Positions 8,587-18,812 of a DNA stretch of 64,000 nt are shown piece by piece (the stretch's first letter is position 1; each line of letters begins with the position of its first letter). The translations under genes were made by a program, and so were the position numbers. The DNA lies in assembly GCA_036337435.1 (NCBI GenBank), contig JAYZEG010000037.1, positions 64,001 through 128,000 of the forward strand, read 5' to 3'. The DNA comes from Myxococcota bacterium. Its GTDB lineage: Bacteria; Myxococcota_A; Bradymonadia; UBA7976; UBA1532. The notes beneath the pieces were generated by a model. The model did not search any database, was not told where the DNA came from, and saw only the letters and a list, made by a program, of their open reading frames with translations.

Positions 8587-9960
8587 CTAGGTCATGTCCA
8601 ACTTATCAAGCCGATAGCGAAAGGAGCGAAATGTAATGCCGAGTAAGTTGGCGGCGTCTTTCTTGCGACCGCCGGTTCGCTGAAGTGCCTGTTCGATGAG
8701 ATCTCGTTCGATTTGATTGATCAGCGCATCAAGATTTAATCCGTCTAAGGGTAATTCCACATTGGCGTTACCCGTGCCCGCTCCAACCTGATGATGTCCA
8801 AAGCCAGACGGTAGATGGGCTAAGGAAATCTCGTTTTCTTCAGCCAACGCTGTCGCCCGCTCCATTAGATTTTCTAATTCACGAACGTTGCCGTTGAATG
8901 GATGGCGATGCAGCCGCTGCAATACCTCAGGTTGAATCGAATCGATCGATTTGCCAAATTCTTCTGAGTACTTCTTTAGAAAATGATGTGCGAGAAGAGA
9001 AATATCGGAAGGCCGGTCGCGAAGCGGCGGAAGTTCAATGCAAATCACGTTGAGTCGATAGTATAGGTCTTCCCGAAACCGTCCTTCACTCACCTCATCG
9101 GCGAGTTCGCGATTGGTTGCCGCAATCACTCTTACGTCAACAGGTACTTCCCGTAAGTCTCCGACTTGTTTGACCTTACGTTCCTGGAGGACTCTGAGTA
9201 GCTTTGCCTGCATTCCCATCGGCATGTCGCCCACTTCATCTAAGAGTAAGGTCCCCCCATTTGCCGCTTGAAACATACCCACTCGGTCAGTATGGGCACC
9301 AGTAAATGCGCCCTTCTTATGACCGAATAATTCACTTTCCAGCAAATTTTCCGGGATAGCGGCGCAATTGATGACCAAAAACGGTTTATTCCGGCGTTCA
9401 CTCTGGTCATGAATGGCACGGGCAACCAATTCTTTGCCCGTCCCACTGGCACCCAGAATAAGCACATTTGTTCGGGTTGAAGCCACCCGACGAATCATCG
9501 AGAAGACATCCTTCATCGCCCTGGAACGACCGATAAGACCACTGGTGTTACCACGCTGCTCCAGGCGGGCGCGCAATGCGCGATTTTCGACAACAAGGCG
9601 ACGCCGTTCCAGTGCCTTGTCGATAACCACCTGAATCTCGTCTAATTTAAAGGGCTTGCTGAAATAGTCGTATGCACCAATCTTAATGGCTTCGATGGCC
9701 GTATTCGTTGATGCGTAAGCCGTCATCACAATCACCGGCGTTTCTGGATACAACTCGCGGCAACGACGCAATACAACCATGCCGTGAGTTCCGGGCATCC
9801 TCAGATCTGTGATCACCAGATCAAACTCTTGCTCATGGAGTAATTGGACCCCCTCGGTCCCATCGGCTGCGACGGTCACGTCATGCCCATGCTGCAAAAA
9901 AAAGATCTCAAGAAATTCTCTCATGGAGAGTTCATCATCGACGACCAGAATACGACTCAC
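8587..9960 (-). CDS. pilR: Sigma54-dependent response regulator PilR
   Basis: Receiver (VVDDE, DLRMP), AAA+ GASGTGKE, ESELFGH..GAFTGA, C-terminal Fis-type HTH; follows pilS. Confidence 0.93.
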   Translation of the reverse strand: MSRILVVDDELSMREFLEIFFLQHGHDVTVAADGTEGVQLLHEQEFDLVITDLRMPGTHGMVVLRRCRELYPETPVIVMTAYASTNTAIEAIKIGAYDYFSKPFKLDEIQVVIDKALERRRLVVENRALRARLEQRGNTSGLIGRSRAMKDVFSMIRRVASTRTNVLILGASGTGKELVARAIHDQSERRNKPFLVINCAAIPENLLESELFGHKKGAFTGAHTDRVGMFQAANGGTLLLDEVGDMPMGMQAKLLRVLQERKVKQVGDLREVPVDVRVIAATNRELADEVSEGRFREDLYYRLNVICIELPPLRDRPSDISLLAHHFLKKYSEEFGKSIDSIQPEVLQRLHRHPFNGNVRELENLMERATALAEENEISLAHLPSGFGHHQVGAGTGNANVELPLDGLNLDALINQIERDLIEQALQRTGGRKKDAANLLGITFRSFRYRLDKLDMT

Positions 9961-11666
9961 GACTGTGACTCCTCGTAGCTGAGCTGCTTGGCGGCCAAAA
10001 CCTTCGGCAAGATAACGGAAAACCGAGTTCCTTCTCCAGGTTGGCTGAACACATGAATTCGACCGCTATGTTCTTCCACGATGCGATGAACCAAAGCCAG
10101 GCCCAAGCCAGTTCCGCGCTTTTTTGTTGAATAGAATGGATCAAAAATCCGGTCCAGTAAATCAACGGGGATTCCGACCCCTTGATCTTCGATGCGAACT
10201 TCGATTTCGCGCCGGCGTCGTTCAACCTCAAGTCGAATCAAACCACCCTCGGGCATGGCTTGAACGGCATTATTGAGAAGGTTCCAGAATACTTGTCTGA
10301 GTTGCCTCGGGTCAGCATCAATTTTGACATCGTCTTCCATCTCGAGTTCGAGTGTAATGTCGACATCTCTGACCGATTGTTCCTCGTGCCCCTGGAGGTA
10401 CTGAAATACCAGAACCAACTCATCAAGAATGGGTTTCAAATTCACCCGTTCAATGGCCGGGGGATTTGGCCGCGCGAATTGTAAGAACTCACTGACCAGC
10501 GTATTCAAACGGTCCGTTTCTCGCAGCACGATTTGCATCAACCGATGATTTGTTCCGGCTAAGTTGCCTGCTTTTGAAAGAATCTGAATACTTCCACTCA
10601 TGCTGGCCAAAGGATTCCGGATTTCGTGAGCGATGCCGGCGGCCATTTTACCAATGGCAGCGAAGCGCTCACTTCGCTGAACGCTCTCTTCCATCTCTCG
10701 CAAACGAGTCAAATCCTGGATGATCAAGATCCAACCTTGGTGCCGATTTTGTCCGTCTCTCAAAGGGGACAGATTATAGCTCAAGGCACAGTGGCGTCCG
10801 TCAACCCGGCGAAACTCTCCTTCCCATTGCTCTAACAACTCGGAATCACAGCGCTGTTCAAGGCCAGGGAACAATTCGTGGGCGCGGGCATAGAGAACGG
10901 ACTCAGGTTCATAACCTGTGATTCGGCCAGCGGCCGGATTGAAGAAGATGATCCTTTGGTCGAGTGTAAAACTGACCAATCCACTTTGGATACTCGTGAT
11001 AATGTGCCCGTTGAGTACTTTAAGTGCTTCGATGTCCCGGCTGGCATCGATCAACCGCTGCCCTGCCGCACGCGCTTGTTCAGACAAATAGCCCGCAAGC
11101 AATGCGACCAAGAATACCGCGGTAACATTTGTCAGACCACTGAGGAATACGGCCAGGAGTTTTTGATCTCCCACTGGGCCTGCAGGCACCCCCCATCCTA
11201 ACGATTCTCTCAACACCAGCAAAACAATAAGAATGGTCGCGATCAACATCGCGTACAACGAACCTCGCCGGCCCAAAATGATTGAACCTGCGAGCACAGA
11301 GAGAGAGAACAACACCAAAAATAACGAGTCGGTCCCACCGGTCAATGAGACAAGCATTGCGCTGATAATGAGATCTCCAGTGATTTGAACGTATGCAAAA
11401 CGCTCAAAATGCTCCTGAAGACTGCGCAATAAAATTGCGTAAACGATGGTCAATGCATAGGTGCCAACGATCAAACCGAGCAGACCCAGACGTTTGGACG
11501 TACTGAGAACGTCCTGGGCGGTTAATCGAAAAATAAGGGTCGAACCGAGTAGCAGTGTAATCAGAACCACCCGGAAGAACATAAGCCATTCAAGACGGGT
11601 GACGATCTCTGGAGTCGTGCGATTTACAAAGCCCACCTTGGCATCTAGGGTCGTTCCAATGGACAT
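9957..11666 (-). CDS. pilS: Sensor histidine kinase PilS
   Basis: Six N-terminal TMs, PAS domain, H-box AHEIRNPL, N-box NLLNNA, DQGVG, FDPFYSTK, GTGLGL. Confidence 0.92.
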   Translation of the reverse strand: MSIGTTLDAKVGFVNRTTPEIVTRLEWLMFFRVVLITLLLGSTLIFRLTAQDVLSTSKRLGLLGLIVGTYALTIVYAILLRSLQEHFERFAYVQITGDLIISAMLVSLTGGTDSLFLVLFSLSVLAGSIILGRRGSLYAMLIATILIVLLVLRESLGWGVPAGPVGDQKLLAVFLSGLTNVTAVFLVALLAGYLSEQARAAGQRLIDASRDIEALKVLNGHIITSIQSGLVSFTLDQRIIFFNPAAGRITGYEPESVLYARAHELFPGLEQRCDSELLEQWEGEFRRVDGRHCALSYNLSPLRDGQNRHQGWILIIQDLTRLREMEESVQRSERFAAIGKMAAGIAHEIRNPLASMSGSIQILSKAGNLAGTNHRLMQIVLRETDRLNTLVSEFLQFARPNPPAIERVNLKPILDELVLVFQYLQGHEEQSVRDVDITLELEMEDDVKIDADPRQLRQVFWNLLNNAVQAMPEGGLIRLEVERRRREIEVRIEDQGVGIPVDLLDRIFDPFYSTKKRGTGLGLALVHRIVEEHSGRIHVFSQPGEGTRFSVILPKVLAAKQLSYEESQS

Positions 11667-11736
11667 CGCTTACACGTTCTCTAGCGTCGTTACAGAATGG
11701 CGGTCGTCGGCGACGATCGACAGAGTCTCAATTCAC

Positions 11737-12942
11737 CTATTGTTTTACGTTTCCAGCAATCGAGAAGATTGGCAGATACATCGCGATCATAATGGTTCCG
11801 ACGATCCCCCCAATGAACACCATGGCAATGGGCTCTAACAGCTTGGTGAGACCTTCGACAGAGACTTCAACTTCATCTTCGTAGAAATCAGCGATCTTCT
11901 GCAACATGGTATCCATCGCACCCGTGCTCTCACCGACGGATATCATTTGCACCACCATCGACGGGAAAACGTTCGTTTGGAGCAACGGATCAGCCATATT
12001 GCTCCCTTCTGAGACCTTGTCGCGGGTAAAGTAAATGGCACCTTCGATTATTTTATTATTGGCCGCTTTCGCAACAATATCTAATGCATCCAGAATCGGC
12101 ACACCCGAGGCGATCATCGTACCCAGGGTGCGGGTAAACTTGGCCACAGCAACTTTGCGTAAGAGCGTTCCAATCACAGGTAGCTTCAATAAGGTGGCAT
12201 CAAATAGATACCGTCCCTTTTCCGTCTGAATTGCTTTGATAAAAATCGCGACAAACAAACCGAGACCAAGCAAAACCCAAATGAAGTTGGCTTGGAACCA
12301 TTCAGACGCCACAATGACCGCTACGGTCAGTTCAGGCATCTGGGCATCTCCCATGTCCTGAAACATCTTTGCAAAGGTTGGGATAACCCACTTGAGGAGC
12401 GCAAAAACCACAGCAAAAGCGATGACCACGATGACGGTTGGGTACATGAGCGCACCCTTGACCTGTCGGACAAGCTTCACATTCTTTTCTATGTATGTGG
12501 CGAGACGATTCAGAATGGTATCGAGAATACCACCGATCTCACCGGCCGCGACGAGGTTGACAAAAAGGCTGTCGAAGACCTTTGGGTGGCGTCTTAAGGA
12601 ATCGGCAAAAGTCGCCCCACCTTCGACGTTCGCCTTGACATCAAGGAGAACGGACCGGAAATACTTGCTTGGCTCTTGACTCGATAAAATCTCCAGGCAT
12701 TGTACCAAGGGCAAGCCTGCATCGATCATGGTTGCGAACTGCCGGACAAAAACAACCAGTTGAGCAGCAGAAACACCGCCTCCCAAAGAAAGCGAGATCG
12801 ACTTTCTCTTCTGCCGAACTTTTTCGACCATGATATTTTGCTGGCGAAGCCGGGCTTGTACGTCCCGTTCCGATTCGGCCTCGATCACGCCTTTCCGAAG
12901 TTCTCCGGAGCGTGTGCGGCCCTCCCAGACCCACTCGGTCAT
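11737..12942 (-). CDS. pilC: Type IV pilus platform protein PilC
   Basis: RQFATMIDAGLPL, GEIGG.LD, GESTG.MD, AMYLPIF. Confidence 0.96.
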   Translation of the reverse strand: MTEWVWEGRTRSGELRKGVIEAESERDVQARLRQQNIMVEKVRQKRKSISLSLGGGVSAAQLVVFVRQFATMIDAGLPLVQCLEILSSQEPSKYFRSVLLDVKANVEGGATFADSLRRHPKVFDSLFVNLVAAGEIGGILDTILNRLATYIEKNVKLVRQVKGALMYPTVIVVIAFAVVFALLKWVIPTFAKMFQDMGDAQMPELTVAVIVASEWFQANFIWVLLGLGLFVAIFIKAIQTEKGRYLFDATLLKLPVIGTLLRKVAVAKFTRTLGTMIASGVPILDALDIVAKAANNKIIEGAIYFTRDKVSEGSNMADPLLQTNVFPSMVVQMISVGESTGAMDTMLQKIADFYEDEVEVSVEGLTKLLEPIAMVFIGGIVGTIMIAMYLPIFSIAGNVKQ

Positions 12943-13024
12943 GTAACGTTCCCCTGTCTAATCAACCACTCTACTGCATTATAGCCCGAGATTCGTCGGT
13001 GCGAAAGCTCATGACATATTACTC

Positions 13025-13051
13025 TTATCGGCAGCAATCGCCCCCGCATTA
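13025..13051 (-). promoter_or_regulatory. Putative sigma28 (FliA/SigF-type) promoter upstream of pilC
   Basis: Minus strand TAAT-N15-GCCGATAA versus the consensus TAAA-N15-GCCGATAA, in the pilT-pilC gap. Confidence 0.6.
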
Positions 13052-13085
13052 ATCACGACGACCGCCACTCGCCTACAGACGGTCT

Positions 13086-14165
13086 CTATGATCGGCTGCG
13101 AGCTAAATCTTGCAGCATGCTGTTCAGTTCTTCAATGTCATTCGAATGATTGAGGGCATCGACCTCGGAGAGATCACCTTTTTGGACTAAGTCAAAAAGG
13201 GCCTGATTCATCGTTTGCATACCAAACTTCGCCTGACCGACTTGCATTTGACTATAGATCTGGTGGGCTTTGTCCTCCCGGATCAGGTTGGCAATCGCGG
13301 GCGTGGTCAACATCACTTCAGCCGCGAGCACACGGCCAACCCCCGTTCGCTTCATCAGTAACTGCTGACTGACAACGGCTTCCAAAGTAAAACTCAATTG
13401 GGCACGGACTTGTGATTGTTGATGTGGTGGAAACAAATCGATGATTCGATTGATAGACTGAAGAGCCGAGTTTGTGTGCAAGGTGGCCAGGACCAAGTGA
13501 CCCGTCTCAGAGATGGTGAGTGCCGCTTGAACAGTCTCTAAATCACGCATTTCCCCGATGAGCACGACATCCGGGTCCTGGCGCAACACATAGCGCAGTG
13601 CGCCCTTGAAACCATCGGTGTCTTGTCCGATCTCGCGCTGATTAACGATGCAGTTTTTGTGACTGTGAATATGCTCGATGGGGTCTTCGATGGTGATGAT
13701 ATGGTGGTGGCGCTCTCGATTGATTTTGTCGAGCATCGCCGCGAGAGTCGTAGACTTGCCAGACCCGGTTGGACCGGTAACAAGAATCAACCCACGTGTG
13801 CGGGCAGTCAGACCACCGATCACATCGGGTAGGCCGAGTTGATCGAATTGTGGCAACGTGCTTGGAATCGCCCGAAATGCAGCGGCCATGGTCCCCCGCT
13901 GCATGAAGAAATTAGCTCGAAATCGGCAAAGATTTTTAACGCCAAAACTAAAATCGAGTTCTTGATATTCGAGGAAATGCTGCTTTTGCTTCTCGTTTAG
14001 AACCGACAGACAGAGATGTGCGGTTTGATCCGGTGTGAGTGGCGGGACTTTCAAACGCACCAAATGTCCGTCAATCCTCAGGTTGGGCGGTGATCCACAG
14101 GTAATATGGAGGTCAGACGCCCCCTCCCGAACCATCGATTGAAGAAGCTGGTGGAGGTCCAACAT
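13086..14165 (-). CDS. pilT: Pilus retraction ATPase PilT
   Basis: ASDLH, GPTGSGKSTT, TIEDPIE, LRQDPD..LIGEMRD, ANLIRE (AIRNLIRE-like), GMQTM. Confidence 0.96.
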   Translation of the reverse strand: MLDLHQLLQSMVREGASDLHITCGSPPNLRIDGHLVRLKVPPLTPDQTAHLCLSVLNEKQKQHFLEYQELDFSFGVKNLCRFRANFFMQRGTMAAAFRAIPSTLPQFDQLGLPDVIGGLTARTRGLILVTGPTGSGKSTTLAAMLDKINRERHHHIITIEDPIEHIHSHKNCIVNQREIGQDTDGFKGALRYVLRQDPDVVLIGEMRDLETVQAALTISETGHLVLATLHTNSALQSINRIIDLFPPHQQSQVRAQLSFTLEAVVSQQLLMKRTGVGRVLAAEVMLTTPAIANLIREDKAHQIYSQMQVGQAKFGMQTMNQALFDLVQKGDLSEVDALNHSNDIEELNSMLQDLARSRS

Positions 14166-15859
14166 TAATCAGCAGCCGACGCTCTAACGACTTCACTGAT
14201 GGTCGTGACACCCTCTCTCAATTTGGATAAGGCTGATTGACGCAGTGTCTTCATACCCAGCGCAATCGCTTCACGCTTGAGCTCAACGGATGACACACCC
14301 TGCAAAACCAGGTCTTTCAACTCATCGCTCATCGGCATGATTTCGTAGAGAGCCACTCGGCCCTTAAACCCGGTCTCGTTACAAGCACGGCACCCCTTGC
14401 CTTCGAAGACTTCAGCCGACGCGGCTTGTTCGTTCGTCATGCCAAGATCGATCAACGCCTGTTTTTCAACCTTAATAGGCTCAGCGCACTCTTTGCAGAT
14501 TCGACGGGCCAAACGTTGAGCAACGATGGCATTGACAGAAGCGGTCACCAAAAATGGCTCCACGCCCATATTCAGCATCCGGTGAACCGTCGATGGCGCA
14601 TCGTTTGTATGAAGGGTCGACAAAACCAAGTGACCGGTTAGAGCCGCTTTGACAGCGATTTCGGCCGTTTCAAAATCTCGAATCTCACCAACCATGATGA
14701 TGTCCGGATCCTGTCTCAAAAAAGAACGCAACGCAGCTGCAAAGTTCAGCCCGATGGAATCGTTCATCTGGCACTGGTTAATCCCGCCTAGATTAAACTC
14801 AACAGGGTCCTCCGCGGTTGAAATATTGTCGCTCGTTTTGTTCAGATCGGACAGAGCTGAATACAGGGTTGTGGTCTTCCCCGACCCTGTAGGTCCCGTA
14901 ACCAAAACCATGCCGTACGGCTTATAAATAGCGTCCTTGAAGACATCTATCTGAGCTGGCTCAAAGCCAAGCTTAGTCATGTCCAACTCAAGATTAGATT
15001 TGTCGAGAAGCCGCATAACCACTTTTTCGCCGAACAACGTCGGCAAGACGCTCACGCGAAAGTCCATCTCACGACCGCCGCCCATCTTGATTTTAATACG
15101 CCCGTCTTGCGGCAGGCGACGCTCTGCAATATCAAGCTGCGACATGATTTTAATACGACTTGTGATGGCATTGCGCAGCTTCAGGGGCGGATTCATGATT
15201 TCATACAGCACACCGTCGACACGGTATCGGACTCGAAAAGACTTTTCATAAGGCTCGATATGGATATCGGAGGCATTCTTTTTGATGGCGTCGACGAGGA
15301 TTAAGTTAACCAGCCGCACCACCGGTGCTTCTTCACTGGATTTCTCTAGGTCGACGATATCTTCGTCTTTTTCTCCCTCAACAACGTCGACCTCGGCATC
15401 GATGATATCGTCAAGAATTTGCTCGTATTTGACGGATTGGTCGTAGTACCGGTCTATGGCTTCTCGAAGGGCTTCATCACTGGCAACAACGGTCTCGACG
15501 TTGTAACCTGTGTTAAACTTTACGTCATCAATGGCCGTCAAATTGGATGGGTCGCTCATGGCCACGATCAACACAGATCCAGCCCGATTAATGGGCAGAA
15601 TCTGGTGTTTTTGCGCGAGCTGCCTCGGTATCAGTTTGATCACATTTTCATCGATCTCAAACTCGTCTAGATTAATGGCCGGCACGCCGTAGTGCTGACT
15701 CATAAACTTCGTGAGATCCTTCTCGCCGACCATGCCAAGTTTGGTCAAGGTATAGGTCAGGTTCTCACCGCTTGCCCGCTGGGTGTCCTGCGCTTTTTTC
15801 AAGTCAGCTAAGCTGATCAGATTTTCTCTGACAAGGAGCTCACCGATTCGTTCCGACAT
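14165..15859 (-). CDS. pilB: Pilus assembly ATPase PilB
   Basis: ASDIHIEP, PQDGR, GPTGSGKTTT, LRQDPD, tetracysteine CKEC...CRAC. Confidence 0.97.
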   Translation of the reverse strand: MSERIGELLVRENLISLADLKKAQDTQRASGENLTYTLTKLGMVGEKDLTKFMSQHYGVPAINLDEFEIDENVIKLIPRQLAQKHQILPINRAGSVLIVAMSDPSNLTAIDDVKFNTGYNVETVVASDEALREAIDRYYDQSVKYEQILDDIIDAEVDVVEGEKDEDIVDLEKSSEEAPVVRLVNLILVDAIKKNASDIHIEPYEKSFRVRYRVDGVLYEIMNPPLKLRNAITSRIKIMSQLDIAERRLPQDGRIKIKMGGGREMDFRVSVLPTLFGEKVVMRLLDKSNLELDMTKLGFEPAQIDVFKDAIYKPYGMVLVTGPTGSGKTTTLYSALSDLNKTSDNISTAEDPVEFNLGGINQCQMNDSIGLNFAAALRSFLRQDPDIIMVGEIRDFETAEIAVKAALTGHLVLSTLHTNDAPSTVHRMLNMGVEPFLVTASVNAIVAQRLARRICKECAEPIKVEKQALIDLGMTNEQAASAEVFEGKGCRACNETGFKGRVALYEIMPMSDELKDLVLQGVSSVELKREAIALGMKTLRQSALSKLREGVTTISEVVRASAAD

Positions 15860-15940
15860 GTCTGTGTCCTCTTAAACCACGTGCTCGATCGACTTCGTTT
15901 ACCAGAGCAATTAACCCTGGATATCCGATCTATCTAGCTG

Positions 15941-15969
15941 ATTGTGTGTCGCGTATCGGTTTGTGTCAA
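15941..15969 (-). promoter_or_regulatory. Possible sigma70-type promoter of pilB
   Basis: Minus strand TTGACA-N17-CACAAT in the aroE-pilB gap. Confidence 0.4.
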
Positions 15970-15971
15970 TG

Positions 15972-16787
15972 TCAGCGTATGCTAAGGGATGCCTTTTTTA
16001 CTGCATGCATCACAGGCTCTCGACTGGGACGGTGTCCCGTCCAATGATAAAACGACTCGATCCCTTGCTCGATGAGCGCATCTACACCATCGCAAACCGA
16101 ACGGCCTAACCCATCGATTCCGCTCAGAAAACGATCGGTGCTGCGTCCGTAGTTCAGGTCGATGAAAGCACCTTCGCCTCCCGCGTAGTTCCATTGCCAT
16201 GTGTCGAGCATGGTGTAGCACTGTCTGGGGAGACAATTGATGACCGTTTGGTATTCGGCAAGGCTATGTTTCAACTCATCATAATGGGCCGATCTGACCT
16301 GATCAGGTGCCCTATTTTGCAGTTCTATGAAGCGATTTAGAGACCGATGAGCCACTGTGACACCACAATGCCCATTTGCCAGTAGCCAAGCGAGACAACT
16401 CTCCGCCATGCGACCGCTTCCCAGAATGAGCACGCCGCCATGAGGTACATTTGCCAGCAGACCCTCGATGCCGAACCAGTCGGTGTTCAGGCCTCGAAGT
16501 GGGCCATGAGGGGCTCGGCTGATGGTGTTGACAGAATGGAGCTCAGCTGCGTGTTGGCCTCGTTCAGACACAAGCTTGAATGCCCAATGTTTGTAGGGCG
16601 CTGTGACGTTAAGGCCGTGCCAACGTCCGCGCTTTAAATGGTCTGCCACATCGGTCAATCGTTCATGATCAACGTCGATGAGTTCGTAGTCGACTTCAAG
16701 ACCGCATGAACGGGCGGCAGCCTGATGCAATGCAGGTGATAGGCTATTTTGAATGCCGAGGCCCAACAATCCGAGTCGGTAGCGCAT
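15972..16787 (-). CDS. aroE: Shikimate dehydrogenase
   Basis: SLSP.LH, GLNVTAPYK, SVNT, NTDWFG, DLNY, Q...SF..WTG. Confidence 0.9.
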   Translation of the reverse strand: MRYRLGLLGLGIQNSLSPALHQAAARSCGLEVDYELIDVDHERLTDVADHLKRGRWHGLNVTAPYKHWAFKLVSERGQHAAELHSVNTISRAPHGPLRGLNTDWFGIEGLLANVPHGGVLILGSGRMAESCLAWLLANGHCGVTVAHRSLNRFIELQNRAPDQVRSAHYDELKHSLAEYQTVINCLPRQCYTMLDTWQWNYAGGEGAFIDLNYGRSTDRFLSGIDGLGRSVCDGVDALIEQGIESFYHWTGHRPSREPVMHAVKKASLSIR

Positions 16788-16793
16788 GGGTCA

Positions 16794-17750
16794 TTAAAGT
16801 CCAAAGGTGCGGGGTTTAGAGTCCTCCGCTAAAGCCAGTCGAGCGGCTTGACAGTCACGGGCTATCTGAACAACCAACTCGTCTTTGGATTCAAACTTCT
16901 GTTCAGCTCTGAGCCGTAACGAGAAATAGAAGCGAACGCGCTGTCCGTAACTATCCGGCAAGTCAGCATCGAGCGCATGGACCTCAAGACGCATGGGTCT
17001 TGACTCGCCGAAGGTTGGCGTATGACCTAAATTAGCGACAGCGGGATAACATTGCTGCCCGTTATCTAACCAGCCAGCGTATACGCCGACAGGCGGGAGT
17101 GTCTGTGTTTCTGGTAATACGTTAAGCGTGGGAAACCCGATGTCTCGTCCCCGCTGCTCACCCTGAACAACCAAACCCGTAGAGGCGTGGGGTCGACCCA
17201 AGCAGGAGCGTGCATCTGCCAGGCGACCGTCGAGGACTGCCGATCTGATTCGAGTGCTGGAAATCTCGGAATCGGGGGCATCAGTCACGGACTGGATGAC
17301 ATCGACAGTAAATCCAAGTTCCTCTCCGAGGGCCTTCAAGTGCTCCACCCGGCCAGCCCGTTTCGCACCAAATGCGAAGTTGTACCCCACAACCACAGCA
17401 CTCACATTTAAGGCACCAACGAGAACCGTCTCGACGAATTCACGAGGCGTCAGTCCCGCAAATTTGAGATCAAAAGTCTGCGCCAAAATGGTGCCTATGC
17501 CGTACCCATGTAGGAATTGACAGCGGTCGACCAACGAATAAAGCGGCATCACTGGCTTAGCACGACCGACGACATCGGCAGGATGGGGGTGAAATGTAAG
17601 GACAGCGGCCTCCGCGTCCATTGTCGCGGCGCGTCGTTGTGCTTGCTCGAGCAGCTGTTGATGTCCGTGGTGGACGCCATCAAAATTGCCGATGGCTGCC
17701 ACCGTCGGACCGATGTTGTGGATGTCTGCATAATGTCGAAAAACTCTCAT
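16794..17750 (-). CDS. ribF: Bifunctional riboflavin kinase/FAD synthetase
   Basis: IGNFDGVHHGH, TFHPHP, ISSTRIR, GR.IGFPT.N, LEVH.LD. Confidence 0.95.
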   Translation of the reverse strand: MRVFRHYADIHNIGPTVAAIGNFDGVHHGHQQLLEQAQRRAATMDAEAAVLTFHPHPADVVGRAKPVMPLYSLVDRCQFLHGYGIGTILAQTFDLKFAGLTPREFVETVLVGALNVSAVVVGYNFAFGAKRAGRVEHLKALGEELGFTVDVIQSVTDAPDSEISSTRIRSAVLDGRLADARSCLGRPHASTGLVVQGEQRGRDIGFPTLNVLPETQTLPPVGVYAGWLDNGQQCYPAVANLGHTPTFGESRPMRLEVHALDADLPDSYGQRVRFYFSLRLRAEQKFESKDELVVQIARDCQAARLALAEDSKPRTFGL

Positions 17751-17876
17751 AGACACCTGATTAGGGTAGGCCGACCTGATCTGTCAACGACAACAACTTC
17801 AAGTTTTGCCTGCTGTCGCGCTGGTACATCGTGTCGTTTTGCGTTACACGCTGTACTAAACAGCAGGTGAATTTAG

Positions 17877-18467
17877 ATGCGCGTAAGATTCTTTCTACTG
17901 ACAATTTTCACGTGTCTGGTGCTGCCGATGGCGGCTCACAGCACGAGTATCGACCGAAAAACGGGTGTCGGCTACGCTCATGGAATTGGTGGCCCCATGG
18001 GTCTCAGTTTAAACTACGGATTGGGCAGTCTAGCGATTGAGGCCATCGTCGGCATGAGCCGATTTAGCTACTCTGACGAACTGATCGAACCAAGGATTGC
18101 GTTCGCGACCGGGTTGGGTGGACACTTCCACCTTTTGAGCTCAAGGCAAGGGGCCTTATCGATCGGTGCTCGCTTCAACCTCGCGACCGGCTCTGTCTCC
18201 AGTGGTGATAACAGCAGCACTTTGTCAGCCAGCACGAGAGAGGTGACGCAAGTCGGTTTCGACGTCCCACTGCGCGTTTATTGGTTTCCAACCCGTAATA
18301 TCTCGATTCATACAGAATTCGGTGTTGCGGTCTTCATGGGCGCAGACGACGCCACGCTGATCGACGCAAAAGATGGAACAACAGAGCTTATGCCAGGCGG
18401 CTTAGCTATCGTTGCATTCCGCCATTCGACACCCATCGGTCAATTGGGTCTGACCTATTGGTGGTAG
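17877..18467 (+). CDS. Putative small outer-membrane beta-barrel protein
   Basis: Signal peptide, alternating amphipathic strands rich in Gly and aromatics, C-terminal LGLTYWW beta-signal-like end. Confidence 0.6.
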   Translation: MRVRFFLLTIFTCLVLPMAAHSTSIDRKTGVGYAHGIGGPMGLSLNYGLGSLAIEAIVGMSRFSYSDELIEPRIAFATGLGGHFHLLSSRQGALSIGARFNLATGSVSSGDNSSTLSASTREVTQVGFDVPLRVYWFPTRNISIHTEFGVAVFMGADDATLIDAKDGTTELMPGGLAIVAFRHSTPIGQLGLTYWW

Positions 18468-18578
18468 TCACAGAAAACGTCTATTCTTTCCTTTGACCAT
18501 ATTGTCTTACAGAAACATACATGTAATGATTGATTTTGATAGAGACTCCATTTACAATAATGGTGAATTTTTTTAGTA

Positions 18579-18613
18579 TTACAAAAATTGTCACCGAGTG
18601 ACGTTTTGTGGCA
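18579..18613. promoter_or_regulatory. Tandem upstream activator sites resembling those at 8498-8536
   Basis: TTACAAAAATTGTCA-CCGAG-TGACGTTTTGTGGCA in an AT-rich intergenic region, about 100 bp upstream of a sigma54-like site. Confidence 0.6.
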
Positions 18614-18712
18614 CTCTTGGTGGGAGGGGGCGTTCTGATTATCAGGACGCATAACGAATTTAGGTGTTTATTTTTATTAGCAAAAAGGCACTTTTTTCTA
18701 AAACGAGAACAA

Positions 18713-18729
18713 TTGGCACGAGATCTGAT
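18713..18729 (+). promoter_or_regulatory. Sigma54-like promoter of the third pilin (variant -12)
   Basis: TTGGCACGAGATCTGAT: perfect -24 element, GG-N10-GA instead of GC. Strongly resembles TTGGCACGAATTCTGCT at 8288-8304. Confidence 0.6.
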
Positions 18730-18812
18730 AATAGGGTGGTTGTGCATTGAATTTTACGTCTAGAAGCAGACTGATACTTAAGGGCAAGGGCTCATTTGGA
18801 GGAGACCATCGT

